Below, piece after piece: positions 58,451 to 64,000 of a DNA stretch of 64,000 nt (position 1 is its first letter; each line of letters opens with the position of its first letter). The notes beneath the pieces were generated by a model that saw only the letters and a program-made list of their open reading frames with translations, ran no database searches and was not told where the DNA came from. The stretch lies in IMG/VR virus record IMGVR_UViG_3300028805_000081, positions 45,930-109,929 of that record; one strand, given 5' to 3'. Source of the DNA: a virus. Its lineage: Duplodnaviria > Caudoviricetes. The translations under genes were made by a program, and so were the position numbers.

Positions 58451-59147
58451 TACTTACGGCATCACAAAATACATTGAGCCGTTTGTTGGAGGGGCGAATC
58501 TTATAGATGACGTACAATGTGAAAATCGTATAGGTTCAGATGTGAACCCTTATCTGATTTCACTGTTACAGTACGTTCAGTCAGATCCAAAGATATTAAT
58601 CGCCCCGGATCAATGTAGCAAAGAGCATTATTCTGAAGTCAGAGATTGTTATAACGCACGATCAAACCAATTTAACAAAGAATATGTGGCTTTAATCGGA
58701 TATAGTGCAAGTTATGGGGGCAGATTCTTTGATGGCGGATATGGCAGAGATGCTTCGGGCGGAAGAAGTATTTATGGCGAACGCATCAGAAACCTAAGAG
58801 AGCAAGCACCTAAACTCAAAGGAATACAATTTTCTTGCAAGGACTATAAAGATTATAATCCAAACAAAAATAATAATTGTTTATTTCTTTGTGATCCGCC
58901 TTATAGGAATACTAAGAAGTATGCAGGGAAGTCATTTAACCATGAAGAATACTATGATTGGTGCAGAGAACTTGCTAAAAATAACATAGTTATCATGTGT
59001 GAATATAATATGCCTGATGATTTTGAATGTATTTGGCAGAAAGAGCGCAAAGTCCTTCAGAAATCAAACAGACAGACCGGTGACGTAGCAACAGAAAAGC
59101 TATTTTTAATGAGTAATATATTAGTAAATAACACTAAAAATGACTAA
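58383..59147 (+). CDS. DNA adenine methylase (Dam/D12 family)
   Basis: YQGSK; EPFVGGA; DPPY. Confidence 0.9.
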   Translation: MIYQGSKSRLKKYILPIIQNYIDTYGITKYIEPFVGGANLIDDVQCENRIGSDVNPYLISLLQYVQSDPKILIAPDQCSKEHYSEVRDCYNARSNQFNKEYVALIGYSASYGGRFFDGGYGRDASGGRSIYGERIRNLREQAPKLKGIQFSCKDYKDYNPNKNNNCLFLCDPPYRNTKKYAGKSFNHEEYYDWCRELAKNNIVIMCEYNMPDDFECIWQKERKVLQKSNRQTGDVATEKLFLMSNILVNNTKND

Positions 59148-59186
59148 TAATTTATAATACATTAGTAATTATGGAGAGAATGAGAA

Positions 59187-59360
59187 ATGGTTAGTGCAAG
59201 GTTAATACAGGAAATAAAGAAGTTTAGCGATGATTACAATACTGGTTCTGAGCTTTTAAAGATGATGGATTATTACCATGTAACAAATCTTCGTGATATA
59301 TCCGAAGGACAGGCACAGGCATACTATGAAATGCTTTTAGATAATATAACTGAAAGATAA
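59187..59360 (+). CDS. small hypothetical protein (57 aa)
   Basis: GGAG RBS; fills the gap. Confidence 0.6.
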   Translation: MVSARLIQEIKKFSDDYNTGSELLKMMDYYHVTNLRDISEGQAQAYYEMLLDNITER

Positions 59361-59371
59361 GGAGAAAAAAT

Positions 59372-60103
59372 ATGGGATTACTAAATAATATTTTCGGTAA
59401 GAAGAATAATACCACACAGGCTAAAACCAATACAACACAGACTGTACAGTCTAAGATTGATCTTACAAAGAAGAAAGAAGAAGTGCATACGATCTGTCTT
59501 AGCAAACAGCCTTTAAACGGACTGAAGGCAAGGGTTGGATTAGTTCTTGATTATTCAGGATCAATGAGTGATTTATACTATGACGGTACTGTGCAGAAGA
59601 TTATTGAAAACGCTTTGCCACTGGCTATGGAATTTGATGATAACGGTACTATGGAAGTGTGGATATTCCATGATGGTTGTCACAGATTACCGGATATTAG
59701 CCTGAAGAATTGTGTTGGATACGTTAAGCGTGAAATCCTTGGTAAGTATAATATGGGTGGCACTAACTATGCTCCGGTTATGAAGTCTGTAATCAAGGCT
59801 TATAAGGACTGCAAATTACCTTCTTATGTGTTATTTATTACTGATGGTGACAATGACGATCAGGGAATGACTATCTCGGTTATCAAGAAAGCAGCTAAGC
59901 TACCTATCTTTTGGCAGTTTGTAGGTGTAGGCAGAGCAAGATTTACGTTCCTTGAAAAATTAGATGATCTTGCAGACAGATACGTTGACAATGCAGACTT
60001 CTTTGAAGTAAACAATGCGCTTGATATTACATATAAACAGCTGCTTAATGAACTCCCGGATTGGCTTCAGAACGAGAGAGTCAAGGCGATGTTGCATGAG
60101 TAA
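59372..60103 (+). CDS. vWA domain protein (TerF C-terminal-like)
   Basis: DYSGSM MIDAS; GGTNYAP; FITDG; FWQFVGVG; VDNADFF. Confidence 0.88.
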   Translation: MGLLNNIFGKKNNTTQAKTNTTQTVQSKIDLTKKKEEVHTICLSKQPLNGLKARVGLVLDYSGSMSDLYYDGTVQKIIENALPLAMEFDDNGTMEVWIFHDGCHRLPDISLKNCVGYVKREILGKYNMGGTNYAPVMKSVIKAYKDCKLPSYVLFITDGDNDDQGMTISVIKKAAKLPIFWQFVGVGRARFTFLEKLDDLADRYVDNADFFEVNNALDITYKQLLNELPDWLQNERVKAMLHE

Positions 60104-60371
60104 TCTGACATTCAGCACTAAGAAACAGGTTGTTTATCAGGCTGAATATAAAAAGCTGATGTTTGATCTGTATGATTTAGGCGGGCAGTATAAGGTTTAT
60201 CACAAGATTAAATGGTATCACAATGACATTCCTTACCGGGAAAGCTGGGAATTAGTCGCTGCATACAGAACACTTGGCGAAGCAAAAAGCCTATATGATC
60301 ACATCAGAGATATTCCGGTTGAATGGGATTTTGATGAATGGCTTGAACTGATGAAGAATTTTAAGGAGTAA
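60096..60371 (+). CDS. hypothetical protein
   Basis: Overlap packing; start uncertain. Confidence 0.65.
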   Translation: MSNLTFSTKKQVVYQAEYKKLMFDLYDLGGQYKVYHKIKWYHNDIPYRESWELVAAYRTLGEAKSLYDHIRDIPVEWDFDEWLELMKNFKE

Positions 60372-60733
60372 TGAGAATTATGAAAAAGAAGAAACTTAAA
60401 AGAAAAATAGCCAAAGCTATTTGCGCACACCTTATGAACTCATTTGGTTGTGAGGTGTTAGTTCATAGTTCGATTAGTGTTGATGAAATTTATAAAAAGT
60501 TAGTATGTGATTCCAATCTAAACGATTATGAATCCGGAACAGCAGAGTATATTTATCATCCTTTTATATTAATCGAAGGTTCTAACGATGATATAAGTAT
60601 AGAACATCCGATTATAAAAAGCTGTTATTGCCCTTGGAATGATACATTAGAAATAACTCAATATGAACCAACATCAAGTATAACTCTAAACAACTTTTAT
60701 AAGGAAAAGAACAAAGGAGTAATATATGAATAA
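60371..60733 (+). CDS. hypothetical protein
   Basis: AAGGAG RBS. Confidence 0.7.
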   Translation: MRIMKKKKLKRKIAKAICAHLMNSFGCEVLVHSSISVDEIYKKLVCDSNLNDYESGTAEYIYHPFILIEGSNDDISIEHPIIKSCYCPWNDTLEITQYEPTSSITLNNFYKEKNKGVIYE

Positions 60734-60908
60734 ACTACTAACAATCAAGGAAGTTTCTGAAGTTCTCAGAATCAACAAAGATAGCACTTATAATCTGATT
60801 CATGCAGAAAAACTAAAGGCAGTAAAGTCCGTACAGAACGGCAGAATGTTGGTAAGAGAATCAGACTTAGATGATTTTATCAACAATTTGGAAAAAATAC
60901 ACAATTAA
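60726..60908 (+). CDS. xis: excisionase-like HTH protein
   Basis: LLTIKEVSEVLRINKDSTYNLI...LKAVK; adjacent to the integrase. Confidence 0.8.
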   Translation: MNKLLTIKEVSEVLRINKDSTYNLIHAEKLKAVKSVQNGRMLVRESDLDDFINNLEKIHN

Positions 60909-60911
60909 TAA

Positions 60912-60940
60912 TTGACTTTAAGATATGACTGTGATATACT
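60912..60940 (+). promoter_or_regulatory. integrase promoter embedded in a terminator hairpin
   Basis: TTGACT-17bp-TATACT; stem 60920-60932 / 60959-60971. Confidence 0.75.
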
Positions 60941-60987
60941 ATAATTGTTTATGGTTATGCAGTCATATTTTCTTTAGGGAGGAAACT

Positions 60988-62133
60988 ATGGCAGAAGTAA
61001 ACACACGAAAAAGGGGAAATTATTGGCAGTATTATTTTGAAGGAGTAAGAGTTGGCGGTAAAAGAACCCGTGTTATTAAATCCGGGTTTAAAACCAAAAA
61101 AGAAGCTGTAGAAGCTGGCACAATTGCTTTAGCAGAATACAATGAGTGTGGGCAGACACTTGTTGCAAGTAAAGACGTAAGTATAATTGATTTTGTTCAG
61201 AATAAATATTACGATTACATTGATATGAAGTATCGTGATCGTACAGCAAAGGATTTTAAGCGAAGTCTTGACCTTTTTATTGCATGGTATGGCAGCTATA
61301 ATATTACGAAATTTACGTATATAAACGCTGAAGATTATCTGAGTAGACTTGTAAAAAGAGGACTTGCTAAGAACACGATACAGTCCTATATCTCATGTAC
61401 TAAACGTATGTTTGAACTTGCAATAAAGCTCAATGTTATCAAGAAGAATCCGATGACTGATATTAAAGTCCCGGAAGTAACAGAGAACGAAGGTAACCCA
61501 CATGTTATTTACTCTGATGAAGAAGTAAAACGTTATCTTGAAGCTTATAAAGATAATACTCCACTTGAAACGGCTATTATGATAGCCTATCATTGCGGAT
61601 TAAGAGTGTCAGAAATGGTTGCTCTTACATGGGATGATATTGATTTTGAAAAGAAACAACTTATAGTAAATAAACAGTTGATTTCTAAAAACAGGATGTT
61701 TTATTTTGCTCCTTGCAAGTATTCCAGCACAAGAACAATTGATCTTGACAATGAGATAATAAAATATCTTAAAGAGCTAAAGACTAAAAAAGAGTCTGTC
61801 CCTTATAGGTATTCGTACTCTGTAAATCCTGATAGAAGTATTTCAGGTGGAGAAGATTTCTCTTTTGTCGTGTCAAGAGATGATAGTAAAGTTATATCAT
61901 CTGATAACATTCACACAAGGTTATCTTATCACAGGCTCGGTAAAGATCCACTAAAGATGCATAGTTTAAGGCACACTCACTGTACTAAGCTAATTACATC
62001 CGGAGTCGATCTTAAATATGTGCAGCAAAGGTTAGGGCACAGGTCAGTTAAAACTACTCTTGATATTTATTCACACCTTACAGATGATGTTATTCAGGAA
62101 TCAAGAGATAGATTAAATGAGATATTTGACTGA
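60988..62133 (+). CDS. int: phage integrase (tyrosine recombinase with arm-binding domain)
   Basis: GGAGG RBS; SGFKTKKEA; GLRVSE; HSLRHT; LGH; IYSH. Confidence 0.93.
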   Translation: MAEVNTRKRGNYWQYYFEGVRVGGKRTRVIKSGFKTKKEAVEAGTIALAEYNECGQTLVASKDVSIIDFVQNKYYDYIDMKYRDRTAKDFKRSLDLFIAWYGSYNITKFTYINAEDYLSRLVKRGLAKNTIQSYISCTKRMFELAIKLNVIKKNPMTDIKVPEVTENEGNPHVIYSDEEVKRYLEAYKDNTPLETAIMIAYHCGLRVSEMVALTWDDIDFEKKQLIVNKQLISKNRMFYFAPCKYSSTRTIDLDNEIIKYLKELKTKKESVPYRYSYSVNPDRSISGGEDFSFVVSRDDSKVISSDNIHTRLSYHRLGKDPLKMHSLRHTHCTKLITSGVDLKYVQQRLGHRSVKTTLDIYSHLTDDVIQESRDRLNEIFD

Positions 62134-62426
62134 CACCCGTAGGATGACACCATTGACACCCGACCGGCATACGACACCCTAAAATGACACCCGGCTGACA
62201 CCCGTTTGACACCGACAGGGAATAAAACTATGGGAAACCAAAGGAAAGTAAAGAAAAATGCCTATAAAATATGACGAATAAAGCTTTAGAAACAACGCAT
62301 TTACGTAATTTGTTTTTTTATAGAAATGCTCTATCCGATTTACATATATCAAAAAATTTCAGACGAACCTCGAAAATACGTGGCTGCATAACCTACAAAT
62401 TTAAAATTGACACCATTTTGACACCG
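62131..62426. other. putative attP with TGACACC arm-type repeats on both sides
   Basis: Seven copies at 62131-62213 (one CGACACC) and two at 62409-62425, directly after int. Confidence 0.7.
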
Positions 62427-62476
62427 AAAAATCAGTATTTTTTGGTGGTTTTTTATGCCATTTTAACGCTAAAAAA

Positions 62477-62519
62477 AGGTAGTACACCGATTTAAGATGT
62501 ACTACCTTATCTTTTTTTT
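62477..62519. terminator. bidirectional terminator between int and the endolysin
   Basis: AAGGTAGTACA...TGTACTACCTT with A and T runs on either side. Confidence 0.8.
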
Positions 62520-62587
62520 ACAGATTTATTTACCGATGTTCTGCAAACATCTCATGCACTCGGTCAATTTTTAATGTGTCAGAACCG

Positions 62588-63283
62588 TCACACAGCTTCA
62601 ATTAAAGCTTTCCATGTTTGACACCCGCATATGGTGTCAACTTTAAGTTTATATTCTTTCTGAAACTTTGCCAGCACTTCTTTAGTTTCATCACCAAAGA
62701 TACCGTCAACATCAAGTTCATATCCTACATCAGCAAGAAGATTTTGCATAGTTTCTACGGATGGACTCTTGCAGCCGAAAGAGAGCTGTTCAAGTTCAAC
62801 CTTACACATAACTTTCTCGGGTGTAGATATTGGATCGGGTTTAGGAATGGGTTTTACGCTCTGATCACCCACGTATCTCATCCAATACTGAATGTAGGTG
62901 CTATTAATATTCATGGTCTGCTTAGTAACCAGTAAAGAACTGCTACCGTTTCCGTTTACATAGGTTATCTTGCCTGACTTAGCATCATAATCTACTACGA
63001 CGCCGACATGATCGAGAGGGAGAGGTTCTATAATTTTATCCCAGTCGAAGAACAGTATATCACCCGGCTGCATATCATCCGGTTCAGACCATTCAACAGA
63101 TGCATCCATTTTAGCCTGAAGTCTTGTGCAAGAAGTATCATACATATTCTTGACACCCACATAACGGAGAACTTCAGATACATAATGAGCGCACCATGCA
63201 TAATCGCCCGGCATACCTAAATCATATCTGCTCATACCTACTGTAGCGTTTGCTCTTGCTACAATCTTATCAGCCACGCTCAT
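62588..63283 (-). CDS. endolysin: CHAP domain + peptidoglycan-binding domain
   Basis: AWCAHYVS; PGDILFFDW; DHVGVV; VDGIFGDET; VDTICG..TW. Confidence 0.88.
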   Translation of the reverse strand: MSVADKIVARANATVGMSRYDLGMPGDYAWCAHYVSEVLRYVGVKNMYDTSCTRLQAKMDASVEWSEPDDMQPGDILFFDWDKIIEPLPLDHVGVVVDYDAKSGKITYVNGNGSSSLLVTKQTMNINSTYIQYWMRYVGDQSVKPIPKPDPISTPEKVMCKVELEQLSFGCKSPSVETMQNLLADVGYELDVDGIFGDETKEVLAKFQKEYKLKVDTICGCQTWKALIEAV

Positions 63284-63292
63284 GAAATCACC

Positions 63293-63784
63293 TCACTTTG
63301 CATTTACGATATAATTATAATAAGCTGCCATCTTGTCTTTAGGGTTTTTAGCATCCTTATCAAATAGAAATGCTTTTGCAAGATCTACATAAAAATCTAC
63401 AGTATTAACACCATGTTTTACTGCTACACTATAGTAATCTGAGTAAATCATATTAAGTGCAGCTTCCCAGCAATAATCGCTTATGTTTTGTGGTTTATAA
63501 GCATTTGTTTGAGTTATATTCCAATGACCACCAGTTGTACCATCTTCATTTTTCATATGAAGTAACCAATGTTCAGCCTTTTCAGGAGTAAAATCATAAT
63601 CTTCCTCAGGATATTCAGACTTCTTCTCCTTTAACATTTCTTGCATTTCAGTAATATGTTTCCAACATTCTACCATGCTGTCAATTGCACTGGCTGATCT
63701 TTCATTCACAGGGTATTTACTCATATAATTCATTAATCCGGTTTCAATTTCTGATTTATATTTTTCAATATCTGCACAATTCAT
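63293..63784 (-). CDS. hypothetical phage protein
   Basis: GAGGAG RBS; MKNEDGTTGGHW...LAKAFLFDKDA. Confidence 0.8.
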   Translation of the reverse strand: MNCADIEKYKSEIETGLMNYMSKYPVNERSASAIDSMVECWKHITEMQEMLKEKKSEYPEEDYDFTPEKAEHWLLHMKNEDGTTGGHWNITQTNAYKPQNISDYCWEAALNMIYSDYYSVAVKHGVNTVDFYVDLAKAFLFDKDAKNPKDKMAAYYNYIVNAK

Positions 63785-63873
63785 TTAATTCAACTCCTCA
63801 ATAAAAAATGAACAGCCGTCACAACTTTTTTTAAGGCTATGACGGCATATTCATTATTTAAATTTTATAATGC

Positions 63874-64000
63874 TTAAGCTGTTGCTGCCGGGGCATTTGG
63901 AACAAACTTGCCAAGAATTGAAAGAAGATACTGTGACTGTTCGCTATTGTTAGCTCTGTCCTGAGCATTAGCAAGTGCAGTCTGTGTGTCAGAGAGTCTG
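63874..64000 (-). CDS. 3' end of a gene running off the window (...SQYLLSILGKFVPNAPAATA)
   Basis: Open frame to the edge; TAA at 63874; hairpin at 63815-63846 downstream. Confidence 0.6.
   Translation of the reverse strand, partial: RLSDTQTALANAQDRANNSEQSQYLLSILGKFVPNAPAATA

Noticed and set aside
60925-60987. N-terminal extension of the integrase given in the ORF track
   Set aside because: Overlaps the promoter and hairpin; the GGAGG RBS supports the ATG at 60988
10390-63220. Many short ORFs antisense to or nested in long genes
   Set aside because: Shadow frames of well-supported CDSs, with no RBS or recognisable motifs

Overview
This is a 64 kb segment of a large, AT-rich temperate Firmicutes (probably clostridial) phage with SPbeta-like gene content. 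Left to right it holds: a ~2.2 kb non-coding, strand-skewed region; a leftward early operon of small unknown proteins (2.5-9.2 kb); a rightward block with a replication initiator followed by iteron-like repeats, LAGLIDADG-like paralogs, and two tyrosine-recombinase-fold proteins; and a 1.2 kb non-coding RNA locus (18.1-19.3 kb). These are followed by a replication module (SSB-like, HNH, AAA ATPase, PAPS reductase, DnaB, primase, RecJ, DnaE), four DNA methyltransferases (the two C5 MTases carry poly-G tracts, one out of frame), nrdD split by a group I intron, nrdG, dUTPase, cysteine desulfurase, xis/int with an apparently intact attP, and a convergent endolysin. The strongest candidate for an undescribed system is the RNA locus. 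Two real tRNAs and four truncated tRNA-like folds punctuate short segments that are antisense to start codons, Shine-Dalgarno sites or early codons of the phage's own leftward early genes, which suggests a tRNA-punctuated, self-targeting antisense sRNA array. Also notable are promoters embedded in hairpins with the start site in the loop, a 17-bp operator at fixed spacing from -35 boxes, and strong CCGG enrichment. All annotations come from reading the sequence by eye; no searches were run.
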